A stretch of 64,000 bases of DNA from Amoebidium appalachense (taxonomy: Eukaryota; Protista; Ichthyosporea): contig CAVNZM010000011.1 in the NCBI GenBank assembly GCA_963693365.1, forward strand, positions 7,459,921-7,523,920, written 5' to 3'. Below the pieces are notes generated by a model. The model did not search any database, was not told the origin of the DNA, and saw nothing but the letters and a program-made list of their open reading frames with translations. The number at the start of each line of letters is the position of its first letter. The stretch's first letter is position 1. The translations under genes and the position numbers were made by a program. Below are positions 26,287-61,915 of this stretch, one piece after another.

Positions 26287-26709
26287 GAACAACTTGGGGG
26301 TAACAGCCAGTCAGTTGATCACGGATGCTGAGGTTTTATTTGTGGAATTTATTGACATAAATATTTTTTCTGGGTAAACACGTAGGATGGGTGTTCGGTA
26401 GCAACATAACCATGTAGGCTTCATTTCGTGTTTTAGCAGTTTGCGGTTGGCTGCCCGCACACGGGCACCTATTAGCCAATCAAGACGTCAGATTCCACAT
26501 ATCACTAGACCGAGTTTTGATTGGCTCGGATCAGATTTCACATATCACTAGATCGATTTTGATTGGCTCAGATCGGTAGGCTTAGGTATATAAGCACGAC
26601 GTTTTTAGCAGATCAGCAAGCTACAAACACATCTTCTGTGTTTAGCACCTACAGCCTTACAGCTATATATTCCTTTTCATTCTCCCTATCTTTCCCTACG
26701 CCGGTCAGC

Positions 26710-27872
26710 ATGCCGCCGAAAAAGCCCCAGGCCTCAGCCACCGCCGCGGCACCTAAGCGCCTGACCCCCAGCGACCTCCGCCACAGGCTGACCAACGCTC
26801 CCGCGGGCACTGACGCGCCTCCGGAGGCCCATTCCACCACGGACCCTCCGGCTACTCTCCCCTCTACTCCTGAAGTCCCTCCTCAGGCCCCGCCGTCCCC
26901 GCCGATGACTTCTCAAGACGCCGTCCTTGCCGCCCTCACCGCCATCAGCACCCAGATGGCTGGCGTCCTGGCTGCTCTCACCAACCGCGACCCTCCCCGG
27001 CCGCGCCCCCAGCCACGCCCTCCGCACCCTGGGAGGTTTCCCAGGGGCTGCATCTCGGACCTGACCTGGACCTACCTGCCCTGCCCGCGCCCCCCATTAC
27101 AGGTGAGAACACTGGCAACATTCAGCCGGGCACACTGCCGCTTCCCCCCGCGGATGTGCTGGCAGATTTGCGCGCCAATCGTTTCGTCGACCTGTATAAG
27201 TTCACCCCCGCAGCCCTCCTGGCCCCATCCAAGAAAGGTCAGCAGCTGCGCATGGCCGACGACGGCAGCATCGAGACTTTTCGCAATGACAAACCCGTTC
27301 CCCTGCGTTCACTCGTCATTTGGATCCAAGCTTGGACCCATTACATGGCCGCCAAGCACCACCTCGACCTCCCCACGGACAAGGACGTACTTTGGACTCA
27401 GCACATCACTCGCCTCAGCACCCGATACCCGTGGGCCCAGATCCACAACGACGACGTGTACGCCCGTACCGTTGCCCACCAGCAGGGTCGGGCTCCGATC
27501 GAGTGTCCCAACCTGCTCGCCCAACTCCACCAGGATCTCCTCCTGCCACCCACTCTGCTCATCCCGGACGCATGTCAGCGCTGTTGCTTCCCCGACCACC
27601 CCAGCGCGGCCTGCCCCATGTACCCCAAGCCCGGCTGTGGTCTTGACGGCTTCAAGCCACCCCACAAGCCCGGCGGGGGACAAACCCCCAACCGCCCTGG
27701 CCCGCAACCCGGCCCGGCAAAACCGGCCCGACCCGTGGATCTACCCGCGACGCACTGCAGGAATTTCCACATTAACGGTCGGTCCTGCGCTAAGCAGCCC
27801 TGCCCCTTCTCCCACGTGTGCCCGCTCTGTTCTGGCACACACCCCCGCAAAGACTGCAAGCACAATGCCTAG
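26710..27872 (+). pseudogene. gag-like ORF1 with C-terminal Cys/His zinc fingers (frameshift ~27030)
   Basis: Starts MPPKKPQ; second frame has WIQAWTHY, WAQIHNDD, CQRCCFPDH..AC and CRNFHINGRSC...CPFSHVCPLCSGTHPRKDC. Confidence 0.8.
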
Positions 27873-28399
27873 TCTACGCGCACACCCACACCCACAGATA
27901 GAACATAGGGGCTAGGAGCTAGGACACACGGGTACAAGGAAACGGAGCTCGGGAGAACGGGCCAATAGGGCTGAGTACAAATTTTCGCAGGCCAACTACG
28001 GCGCCCGCGCGCGCCAAGAATAAATGTCCCTACACAAAGACGTTATTCTGGCCACTGCACATAATTTTACCCCCCCCCCCCCATCCCACGAGCCTCCCCC
28101 CCTTTACACTCACCTAGCACTCCCTCCCCCCCCTTCTTCTACCTCTGTGTCCGCCCACACCCCCGCGTGCTCGGGCATCCCCTGCACAGGGCCCCGCTGC
28201 CCTCCCTGCAAACCCTCCCTCGGGCCCAGCTGCCCTCCTCTAACCCCCCCGGGGCCCTGCTGCCCTCCCCCCCCCCCCCCCCCTCTCCCCCCCCCCCCCC
28301 CCCCCCCCCCCGCTGCCGGGATCTCCCCGAGGGTGCCCCACCCCTGCTAACCACACCTTCCCCCGAGGCTCAGACCCGGAGGCCCGCCCGCTGCCCCAG

Positions 28400-29963
28400 C
28401 ACCACATTGACACCTCCCGCCTCCGGGAGCTGCTGGCATCCTACCCAAACCAATCATTCGCCGCGCAGCTCCTCCACGATGTCGAATTCGGTGTCGACAA
28501 TGGCTATCGCGGCCCCTCCACCTCTCGGGTGGGCCCCAACCTACCCACCACCCCGGCTGCTGCTGCCGCTATCACGGCGGATATTGCCAAAGAAGTAGCC
28601 CTCGGCCACCTGCGCGGCCCCCTCTCCCCGGACCAATTCTTCGCCGAATTTCCAGTCCACCGTTCCTCCCCCATCGGCGCCGTTACTAAAAAAGGGAACC
28701 CCCCCCAAGTACCGTCGAATCCACCACCTCTCATGGCCCCGGGGCAGCAGCGTCAATGACAGCGTCACCTACCCCGACGAACTTCAGTACATTCGAGCCC
28801 GGGACGTCACCCAGCTCATTCTCGACGCAGGCCCCGGCTGCTACATGGCCGTGGCAGACGTGCAGGCTGCCTTCCGGCACATGCCCATCCGACCAGAAGA
28901 CCATCACTTAATGGCATTCAAATGGCAGGGGCATTTTTACGTTGACACCCGACTGCCCTTCGGCCTGAAATCTAGCCCAGCCATCTGGGAACGGATCGCG
29001 GCCACCCTCCAGTGGCTGGCACACCAGCACGGTGTTACCCTCATCTGCCACTACGTAGACGACTGGAGTAGAGTCGCCCCCACCCAAGAGCAGTGCCAAC
29101 GTCACCTATCCACCTTCCTGCAACTCTGCCGAGAGCTGCACATTGTCATCTCCCAAGACAAGATGCAGGGCCCGGCTACCCGTATCGTCTTCATCGGTAT
29201 CGAATTCGACTCTGTCACCATGGAGGCACGGATCCCTGCTTCCAAACTCTCGGACCTACTCGATCTCACTTCCCACCCAACACCCACCATCACCATTCGG
29301 GACCTGCAATCCCTCCTCGGCAAACTCACCTGGTGTGCCCAGCTGGTTCCCCCCGGGAGGGCCTTCTCCCAGCGCCTATGGGCCCTTCTCCGAAACCACC
29401 CACACCTTGCAGGGCACCACCACATACGGCTGTCTGCTGCCGCCCGGGCAGACATAGTCGAATGGCACCAGTTCCTCACATCATGGAATGGGGTGCACCT
29501 CATCACCCCCCCCACATACACCACCCTGGCCACCGATGCTGCCGGATCAGTGGGTCTAGGGGGCCACTGGCTCGACCAATGCTTTTTCATGCCCTGGTCT
29601 CCCTCCACCCAAGCCCTCTATGCTCATGAGGGTAAACTCGGTTCTTCCGTCATCGAACTCTTGGCCATCGCAGCCGCCGTGGCCCTCTGGGCCCCCTACT
29701 GGTCCACCCACCATGTCCGTATTTTATGCGACAACACGGGTGCTGTGTCTGACCTGCACTCCCGGTCTTCCCCCCACCCCGTTATGGCCAAACTTATTCG
29801 GTTCATCACCCGCATGGAAATGAAATACCAATTTACGTTACAGGCCTCCTACCTACCGGGACCCCTCAACCATCTAGCCGATGCCATTTCTCGTAACCAA
29901 CTTCCCCGAGCCCGACGACTCCGACCTTCCCTGCAACCGGAGCCCTGCCCCTTCCCCTCTTAG
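28400..29963 (+). pseudogene. RT + RNase H (ORF2; frameshift in C-run ~28705)
   Basis: SSPIGAVTKK, DVQAAFRH, LPFGLKSSP, YVDD; RNase H TDAAG, ELLAI, CDN, NHLADAISR. Confidence 0.92.
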
Positions 29964-30149
29964 GTCCACGAGTTCCTATCCTATCCCCTGGGCTAACCCC
30001 CCCCCCCTCCCCCCCCCCCCCCCCCCCCCCGGGCCCCCCAGATCTCCCCTTCCGGACCAACGCTGGCAGATTGGCCCCCCACTTCAAAGTTTGCTCCGGC
30101 CGAGCTGCTTCGAGCCACCACTACCCTGCAGGAATGCCAGGCCCTGAGT

Positions 30150-31104
30150 CTCAACCTCGACTCTCGGGCCTTTTACTCCCGGGTGCAAAAAGTGTTCATC
30201 GATTTTTGTGTGGCATCTCGGCTGCAGTCCTCCTCCGGATCCTACCTCCCGGCCTCCCCACACACCGTGCAGCTCTTTCTCGCCTGGTGTGCCCAACGAG
30301 GGGTACAGGCCTCTTCCTTGGCCGGCTACAATTCGGCCATCACCAGACTCCACCTCGACATGGGCCTCCCTGCTCCCCACCCCCACGACAAGTCTCTGGC
30401 CTGGTTCCTACGAGGGGTGGGCAGATGGCAGCTTTCTCACAACATCCGGCCCCGATCATCTACCAGGGAGCCCCTCCTGCCCTCCCACCTCAGCCTACTC
30501 CATGGCCAGTGCCCCACCAAGGCCTCCTCGGCCAATCTCCGGCTATGGACGGTCCTCATCGTCGGTTTTTGTGGTCTCCTCCGTTCCGGGGAATTTACCT
30601 CCAAGACCCTGTCTTCCTTCGACCCGTCCCGTTAAAAGGAAGGACGTGACCTTCAGCTACACCCCCACCGGTACTTTGTCCCATGCCACCCTCCACCTGC
30701 CAACCTCCAAGACGGATGTACAGGCCCGAGGTGTCAACGTCACTCTAGCTGCCCTGCCCCTCATCCACTTCTCCCCAGCCCATCTCCTCCGGCAGTTCCT
30801 GGATACAACGTCCGGTCAACCCGACGACCCCCTGTTCAGTCTCGGTGGCATTCCCTACACCAAGGGTGCTTTCTCTGCCGACTTCCGTGCCCTCCTCTCC
30901 CGGGCGGGCCTCTCACCCTCCCGGTTTGCCGGCCACAGCCTCCGAATCGGGGGGGCCACAGCCCTGGCCGAGGCCGGGGTCGACGACTCCCAGATCAAAC
31001 AACTCGGCAGATGGTCCTCCGACTGTTTCCTGATCTATACTCGACTTTGCCCGGCCTCCATTGCTGCCACTACCACACGTGTATTCGCCTCTATTCTTAA
31101 GTGA
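30150..31104 (+). pseudogene. Tyrosine recombinase (ORF3; frameshift ~30630)
   Basis: GLLRSGE, SKTD, HSLRIGGAT, LGRWSS, LIYTR provide the R-K-H-R-W-Y catalytic set. Confidence 0.92.
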
Positions 31105-32123
31105 AACCTTTGGAGCAAGCATACTGCTCTCGTGCCGTGGTTTACAACCATTGCAGCTTCACTTTCGTCCAAGGGGATGTCCCCCTAGAGGCAACACGTC
31201 CCGGAGTAGTTTTTCATAGAGGTTTTATTTGTGGAATTTATTGACATAAATATATATATATTTTCCTGGGTAAACACGTAGGATGGGTGTTCGGTAGCAA
31301 CATAGCCATGTAGGCTTCATTTCGTGTTTTAGCAGTTCGCGGTTGGCTGCCCGCACACGGGCACCTATTAGCCAATCAAAACGTCAGATTCCACATATCA
31401 CTAGGCCGAGTTTTGATTGGCTCGCATCAGATTTCACATATCACTAGATCGATTTTGATTGGCTCAGATCGGTAGGCTTAGGTATATGAGCACGACAGTT
31501 TTTAGCAGATCAGCAAGCTACAAACACATCTTCTGTGTTTAGCACCTACAGCCTTACAGCTATATATTCCTTTTCACCCACCCACCTACACCCACACTCA
31601 ACCCCCATTGATCCACACATACGTGCTGTTTTTTCACGGGGCGAAGAATTCCCCCGTTTTTTGGGGACAAGGACCTCACGGATCAATAAATTGATGACTG
31701 GGGGCTTGCCGTGGTTTACAACCATTGCGGGTTCACTTTCGTCCAAGGGGATGTCCCCCTAGAGGCAACACACGTCCCGGAGTAGTTTTTCATAGAAAAC
31801 TTTAAAAATTTCTTTTTGCTGAGGAATGTGATATGATAAAAATTTTGGCGCCAAAATTTCCCCCCGGCTCTTGACACTTGATCTCACGGTGGTGCGCGCA
31901 CAGTATGACCGCACAGAGCGCCTCGCGGCACAGGCACACACTTATACGCACCACGTCATAGGGTTGTCAGAGGATACACGCCACTGGCAAGGTCACAACG
32001 CCGCGTGACATTGTGAATATGTACATGTTCACGTGCACCGTACACAAGTAGTCGTGGCTATGATACCCCTCAGTCCCCCCCCCCCCCCCCCCCCCTTCTC
32101 CCCCCTCCTAGTCAGGCTTTGTC

Positions 32124-32205
<82 letters not shown>

Positions 32206-33094
32206 TACACATTGTACACTTGCATGCACACAGACATAGACATGTAGTACGGCGGACGGGGCCCTGAGAAAGGGAGGGGGAGGGGGGGGGGGGGGGGGGG
32301 GGGGGTGATTTAGGAAGGAGTTGCCCCGGCACGGTTCAGTGTTGATAACATGATCATGATGAGGTCGAACACGTGAACGGTTACAATGATGGGGCGCGCC
32401 CAGGCGTGTATGCAATCTAATTACACAGTACAGCAACACAGTATATGTTACAAAAACTGATGGGATTTGAATTTGCGCAGTTGTTCATTATTAGACATCA
32501 ATGAATTCCCACTCAGTCTGGCCGCACATTGTGGTTTTATCTGCAAGGTGTGCACAGCAGACGCTATGTCACACAATACACACATATATGTACAGGATAA
32601 ACTATATTATAGCCGTTAAATATTTAAATCTGTCAAATGGATACAACCAAGGTAGATATGCCAGGAATATATCTACCCTGCTGCTTGCTGCTGCTTGAAT
32701 TTTGGTCCATGCCTACTATTTGTAACACAGCCATTCGAAGGTACACACAGACATTCGCATAATACTCTAAAGCTCTAATCGCAACTCAATCTCGTTTTGA
32801 AACACATCTCCCAGGGCCTACAACAGCTAGTACGTACTGTAACAAATATCATAATACATACACACACAATCATCGGTTAATTGACCAGTCAACACTGCGT
32901 TCATCTATCTAATATCAATACACCACCACTCATACTCGCATGCTAGTACTCTGTCCCCTTTCCACCCAGCAGGTGTATGTACAACGGCGTCTGTGCACAC
33001 GGATACCTGGCTATGTGCAATCAAACACCTTAATAATTTGCTCACGCACTCATGATACACAAATCTGACACCTTCACCCCCCCCCCCCCCCCCC

Positions 33095-33125
<31 letters not shown>

Positions 33126-33333
33126 ATAATAATAAAAAATACAAAAATAAAGAAAAACAAAAAAAAACGCCCACACAACACAGCCTAAACCCCTACCCAC
33201 AAACCGTGAGTGATGACCTACGAAATGACGAAACAAGCAACACTATTGCCGTCGTTAACACCCAACCCGCTTAAGCACACTCAGACCCGTGGTTCTGTCC
33301 TTTTGGTTGGGGCTCTATCTATGGGTCTTGCTT

Positions 33334-55034
<21,701 letters not shown>

Positions 55035-55679
55035 TCTACTATGTCCCTATAGGCCTAACTACACCCCCTTGCATGAACTGTCTCAAAGCCACGCCTGTCC
55101 TTCATCAAATAGAGTTTTCAAGGGTTGGGACCTGCGAATGGCTTCGCGGGCTCGGGGGAGGGTGGGGTATTTGTAGTTTGTGGGTAAGGTGAAGCAAGTG
55201 TCAGATCTTGTGGACTGGCGCCCCAACCGTTGCCTGCCTGCACTTCTATTAAAGCCGCGGGCGCGAAATGGGTTTGTGTGCGTGTGTTGTGCGTGTGTAG
55301 TGTGGTGAATGAAATGTGAATGAAACTATCCCCCAGTCTCCAGAGCATATACACCGTGTACGGTTTGACTCCTGTTGTTTTCGAGTCGGTTCCGTGACTC
55401 AAGCACACGCGACTTGTGTTGCTGTTGTGATAAAGGCGGCCAATCACTGTGTGCAATGAGTCCAGATCACGTAACGTATGCATGTGGGGCAAAAGCACTT
55501 GTCTTTCTAGTACTACAACCATATCAAAAGGGGAAAATAAATGTGTAACACTGGTTCACTGGCATAAGGTTTAGTTCTGGGGCTTCTCACACTTTTTTTT
55601 TTTTTTGTTGCGGTAAACGGAAATATGAAAAGGCAGCTTCTAAAGACGGACTCCAAATGACGTCAACTTGCGTCACAGT

Positions 55680-55772
55680 CAGGGTTCGAAGTTACGAAAA
55701 AAAAATCGGAATTTCCGATATTTGAAAACACGGTTCCGAAAATCGTCCCGGCCGAATCGGAACGCCCGAGAG

Positions 55773-55826
<54 letters not shown>

Positions 55827-56698
55827 CCCCCCCCCACCCCCCGCTTCTCATGACTTCGCAGGTCTCATCATACACGGGGCATACACCACCCACACAAGCT
55901 GCACACGTACGTACGTGTCTCCCTGTCCCTGTAGAATGTTCAATGGCAGACCCTGACTACAGCGCCAGCCTAGCACATGTACATGTTGTCACACCAAACA
56001 CTTTTATGCACACACCCACGCGCGCACACACACACACACACACAGACACACACACACACATTCACACACACACAGCCGTGACACCACATATGCATCATAG
56101 CCATGCATATGCATGGCCACATGAAATACAAATGCGCATATATGCCTGCGCATGTATATATAGGCCGGCCTCCACTTCAAAACTCCCCCCCCCCCCAGAA
56201 ATCGAACCCCATTCCCCCCTCCTCCGCTGCCCACCGTTCCCTCCACCAGTGCTGCCCCTCCTTCTCCCCCACCGCCGCTCCGGCCTCACCCCCTCCCCCC
56301 CCCCCCCCCCTCCCCCCCCCCCCCTCAGGCGGATCCCCCCCCCCCCCCCCCACTATTCCTGCCCCCCCCCCCCCCCCCCCCCCCTTCCCCCCCAGGAAGG
56401 CCTAAACATGGAATGGATCTAGATGCTCAGAGTCTACGGCCACCAGGTGCAGGTGCCACGTGTATCACGATCAGTGGCACGCGTCTTAAATGGCAGGCAA
56501 TACACACACTGTGCACCGCTGTGTTCCGTTCAAAGACACACATGCACATACATACACAGCCGTGACACCACACGTGACTAGGCTAGTACACGTACACAGG
56601 CACATACTACTCTCAGATCATGATAACTGTATTACAAACGTGCACATGCATCCACCCTGTACAATCACATGCTATGCACCCACCCACACACACGCACA

Positions 56699-56749
<51 letters not shown>

Positions 56750-58945
56750 ACACTGCACACACACACCATGTACACGGCGCACGCACACACACCCCGTGGC
56801 ACGCGCACACACACACACAAACACACACACACACACAAGAAACCGTTGGTACAAACACACACACCCACACTGGCATGTACACACACATACACAGACACAC
56901 ACATGTGTACCCCCTGCATACATATATACACCACACTGCACACACTACAACACACATACATACACACACTGTACATATATACACACACACCATAACCGTT
57001 GACACAAAACACACACACACATGCACACAATGTCATGCACACACACACACACACAAACACACACACATACACACACACACACGTCAGTGCACATGTGCAC
57101 ACATGATGCACACAACATAGACACACACACACCGATTACCGCTGACACAAATACACACACCCACGTCACCTGTACACATACACACAGACACACACACCGT
57201 GCATACATACCCACCACACACACACACACACAATTGCAAAGAAAAATACTCACACACACACAAACACAAACACAACCACCCAACGTGATTCCCCCCCCCC
57301 CCCCCCCCCGCCTCCCTCTAGATCTCCCCCCCCCAAACATTCGATTTCTGCCTGAGCTTCCCATGTTGCTGCCTCAACTCACTCCCCCCCCCCCCCCCCT
57401 CCCCCCCCCCCCCCCTTCCCTCCCCTCCCCTCCCCTCCCCCAGAATTTTTAAATAAAAACAAGGGACACTACTTGACGGTTACTAGGTGCTGGTGTGTTG
57501 TCAGAGATCCAACTTATTTGAAAGGGTTGGCAATATACACATTGTACACCCTGTTCCAGTCAAAAGCCAGGAAATCTGCCAGAGCCTTCTTTGGGGCTGC
57601 TGCCTCGGCCACCTGGGCCTTTTCCAGCTGCTCCTTGGCCCCTTCTACAGTCAACCCTTTAAGTTTGCCCTCTTTAACATATTTCTTAGCCATTTCTTTC
57701 TGAAACTTAAGCTCAGCTTTCACGTGCTTCACATCTGCCTCTATATCCGGCCCATTCATGTCTGTCATGAGCTGATTGTGCACTGTCTGTGTTGTCATAC
57801 GTGCTTTGAAAGAAGTCTTAATGATATTCACACCAGAGAAGCCACGTTCACTTGTTGCATTACTAATTTCGATTATTCTCACAATGTTAACCAACTCAAG
57901 TACAGCAGCACGATATGATTGCCGGCAAAGTTTCTATCTTACAGAGATCGGCCCATGCCTCGTTCAGAGACCTATATTCAACAGGTACATCATTCTACTT
58001 TAACCTCAAGGAGATGCCGGTGCTCAAAGATAATTTGTTTGGCACGTGGCCACTGATCTATCACATCTTCGGCGGCAAGTGGGGGTATATGATTCGTTCC
58101 GCCCACTGTTTTAACAGACCCATAGAACTCAGCGAGCACTCTAATCTTGTCGTTTCCGTATGCTTCGAGACTGCTTTTGGTAGTGGGGAACTTCGATGGA
58201 ACAAACACGTCCATAGCCTCAGTGCACTCGTCCGAGGGGAATCGGTTTTGCAAGTTATCAATGAGTGCTTGCACGTATTTGTACATGTGATCCGAGACAA
58301 CCGAGTAAACATCCTGCATCGTTTGCACGGGAGGTATGTGCATCGGGTGTTCTTTGTACACTACTTTGTTTTGACAAATGGTAGCCTTGCAAAACGTCAT
58401 AAGGTTGGCACCCCCCTCCGTTCCGTATGTGGTATTGCGACCAAAATACTGTTCTTCGAGCTTCAAATAAAAGAAAATGCGTGCACGTGCACTGGGAAGA
58501 AATAAGGCCACGGACACTGTGACACACACAGGAACTAGATACATATGCACACATATTATATATCCTCATATACACTGGCACTGCCGCACATATGTGTAAG
58601 AGGACGTGACTGTACGTACGTATATACGTAGACAGCGTGTATATATATATCATATGATTGTGCATTAATGGACTTCATATTTCCCTGTTATTCCTTCAAA
58701 GCTTCAACTGCCAACACCAGGAAGGCCTCTAATTGTACACTAATAACCACAGGGGTTTTTGAGTATGCATTATAATTACATCTAGATGCAATATAGGCAC
58801 AAATAAGCATGCCCTAGTTTACTGATGCGTGACTGATTACGATTTTTGGTGGGCCTGCTCCGGAGGAGCATTCCGATTTTCAAAGAGGTTTTCCGAAACG
58901 GGATTTCGACTTCCGTTAATGGGCTCCACCGTCCTTCGAACCCTG
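55680..58945 (-). mobile_element. Internally deleted hAT DNA transposon
   Basis: 12-bp TIR CAGGGTTCGAAG / CTTCGAACCCTG, perfect 8-bp TSD GTCACAGT (55672-55679, 58946-58953), tccga/tcgg subterminal motifs at both ends. Confidence 0.95.
57514..58505 (-). pseudogene. hAT transposase C-terminal fragment (dimerisation domain), frameshifted
   Basis: LIDNLQNRFP, YGNDKI..LAEFY, SNATSERGFSGVNIIKT...RMT. The N-terminal and DD-containing part is absent. Confidence 0.85.
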
Positions 58946-59402
58946 GTCACAGTGAGAGTCACAGTGTTGACATTCCAGGAATCCAGAAATAGCGCGAACA
59001 TTTTTAATTGGGTTACCTAAGATCGTCAAAGATGATTGGATACCAAAGAATCCAATGGAATTCATTCTCAGATTCTTCGAACGGTGGCCAGGGACGTACA
59101 CCGCATCACGTGCACCGTCAATGATTATAGTCCAGTGTGTATACCATATGTATGTGTGTGTGTCAGTGAGTGTCACGGTGTGTGCGTGTGTGCGTACGTG
59201 TGTGCCGCGGTGCGTGCGTGTCACGGCACTGGGATACGGGCTTACTAACTTTGAAGTACGGGAAAGGTAGCCCTACGTGGCCACTGATTAGCTCCCACTG
59301 AGCCTCAAGTTCTCAACGCCGCCTTCAAGGCTGCAGTGACGCAACTTGGCCATGCATATGCATGAGGCTGTATGCACGCGCGCATATGGGCCTTAGCCTC
59401 TA

Positions 59403-59798
59403 CAGCTCGCAAATCGATCGGTCCAAAATCCCCCCTTTTTGAGCGATCGTGGTATGTGAATGGAGCATGATATTCGGGAAATTTCAACGTGGAAAGGGAG
59501 CTTATGATGCGCACTTCAAAAGTGCCCGGTTACTTTTTTTCTCTGACAGCAAAAAAATGGTGAAAATTTGTGTTGAAAATTTAATTTTTCATATGTAGGC
59601 CAAAATTGGCCGCCCAACCGTAACATATGGAAGGAGGGGTATTAGACCCATCAATATGGGGTGCAAAATGCTCAGCTCGCCAAGGTCAGTCTCGGGAATC
59701 AGATTTTCAAAAAAGTTTTCCGTTCTCGAGATATTCACACTTTTCCGATCGGACCCCCCATCTTGAACCCCCACCATGAAATTTAGTTTGCGACCACT
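59403..59798. mobile_element. Possible decayed TA-flanked MITE
   Basis: ta-cagctcgcaaa ... tttgcgaccact-ta; only 7 bp of perfect inverted match. Confidence 0.25.
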
Positions 59799-59833
59799 TA
59801 GGTGCATCATGTGACCGTGCACTACGGCCCCAT

Positions 59834-59912
<79 letters not shown>

Positions 59913-60041
59913 GGTGTGTGTGTGTGTGTCACACGGTGTGTCTACATGTATGTGTGTGTGTGTTTGTGTGTGTGTTTTTGTGTGTGTGTGCACGTGTGTA
60001 TACTGGTGTGTGTGTGTGTGTGTGCACAATGTCTGTACCAT

Positions 60042-60091
<50 letters not shown>

Positions 60092-60120
60092 TGACGTGTG
60101 TGTGTGTGTGTGCGTGTGTG

Positions 60121-60165
<45 letters not shown>

Positions 60166-61084
60166 CCTAGGGGGACATGCAACATTGAGGATTCACAAGG
60201 GCCGGTGGATTTGCCCAGTGACCAACTTATTACTAATGGCCATGGCTCGCATAGAGAGGCACGAAATATGACCAGCGTTGCAACGCACGACAAGAGTTAT
60301 TTGCAAATATTACCCGGACACAGATTCTCCAGGCATGGGCGAGGTGTCAAGTTTGTGGAGTGATGATGCGTTCATCATCTACCTCAATGTCCCTAAGACG
60401 GCTTATGACACAGTGGTGAACGCGCGAGACCTTGTGGGAAAGTCTGCTACACAACTGTCCCCCGGGGACGCAGGTTGTGCGTCGCAAGTGGAAGTACGAG
60501 TATATACTTGCTAGAGACAAGTACGGCAACGTCCACCCTAACTACGCCTAAGAAAGTTTGTGCACGCGTCAGCTGGGCTGCACGCAAAATGGTTGCTGAA
60601 CTGTAACAGATGTGCAAAGGGACATACAGGTGCAATGCGTTTGGAAACGTTTATTGTTACATGTTTTGCATGTAATCAGCAAGTCACCCCCCTCCTCACT
60701 CCCCCTTCCCCACCACGTCTATTTTACATACAATTGCAAACACATGCGGCTTCGCTCGTGCGTGGTTTGTGTGGAACGTGTTAGGCAGGCCACATGCATA
60801 CTCGTGTGGGACATCCACAGACACCTCAGAGGCTCCTCTCGACAAACGGTGAGCAAACACACACAGACACACTCTTCGCAACATAGCCGGCCAGGCAGGC
60901 ACCGGGGCGGGCAGCGAGCCAGGTCATGTCGGGTCGAGTCGGTTCATTTCGGCTCGGGTCGGGCCAAGCGATGACCCGACCGACCTTAATTGATTGGGGT
61001 CCGAAATTGGCCAAAAAATTTTATTGCGGCAATCGACGCGTCTCGTCGAGCTGGTTCGAGCCACCGTTTCGGATTTTTTTTTTC

Positions 61085-61121
<37 letters not shown>

Positions 61122-61830
61122 CGCGAAAAGTTTTTTGCGCGCTATAGAGACTAAGGCCCATACAGTCTCGAAACAGTCTTCCGAATTCGGGTCACCGGCG
61201 CCGCTTCTAATGCTTAGCTGGCTGTGGGCCCTAATCTAGCGTCTCCATCCTAGTGTTGATTCGCTAAACAGGCCCCATAACAACTATATATGGCTTTTTC
61301 AAATCAAAATAACAGATTTCATTCGACAAAAATCATCCTTCTGTTTCTTTTCACCATCTATTCCGCAGCATGATTGGCTATCCAGATTATCCTCAGCCTC
61401 TCAGCCTCTCAGCTACAGGTATGCCCTCTCAACAATAGATCGAATGTGGAAGATGAATTTGGTTTCGCGCCGAAATTGGTAAACAACTTGCTCTGAAAGA
61501 GCTCGATGTGAGCTATATCTGGTTTTTTTTTTCAAGAAAAACGGCCCACTGGGAGCCGAGATATGGCCCTTCAAAGTTGACCCCTTTTATCCATGTGACC
61601 CGTGTGATCATGAGCTACTCCTACACGTACGGATGAGTTATCGTAAATAGAGGAGTGTATGTGCACGACGCCCCCCCCCTCCCCCCCCCCCAAAGGGTGT
61701 ATTATCTATTACCCGCTTGCCTACCGTATATTGTGCCGGTGTTTTGTCTTGTTTTTTTTTTCGTTTTGTTTTTGTTGGTTCGTTTTTTTGAGTGTGTGTG
61801 TGTGTGTGTGTGTTTGGGGGGGGGAGGGGG

Positions 61831-61872
<42 letters not shown>

Positions 61873-61884
61873 GAAAGCGGGGGA

Positions 61885-61915
<31 letters not shown>

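Larger units (their letters stand above)
26330..31796 (+). mobile_element. Ngaro/PAT-type tyrosine-recombinase (DIRS order) retrotransposon, full length
   Basis: Split direct repeats A1(26330-26679)-ORFs-B1(31133-31220)-A2(31219-31576)-spacer-B2(31707-31796), enclosing gag, RT/RH and YR ORFs. Confidence 0.95.

Noticed and set aside
26563-27915. 450-aa ORF as a single gene
   Set aside because: Only the part from ATG 26710 to ~27030 looks like real gag; the rest is an off-frame read of the zinc-finger frame.
60915-61600. tcggg-rich and MITE-like segments
   Set aside because: They look like TE relics, but no convincing TIR/TSD pair could be defined.
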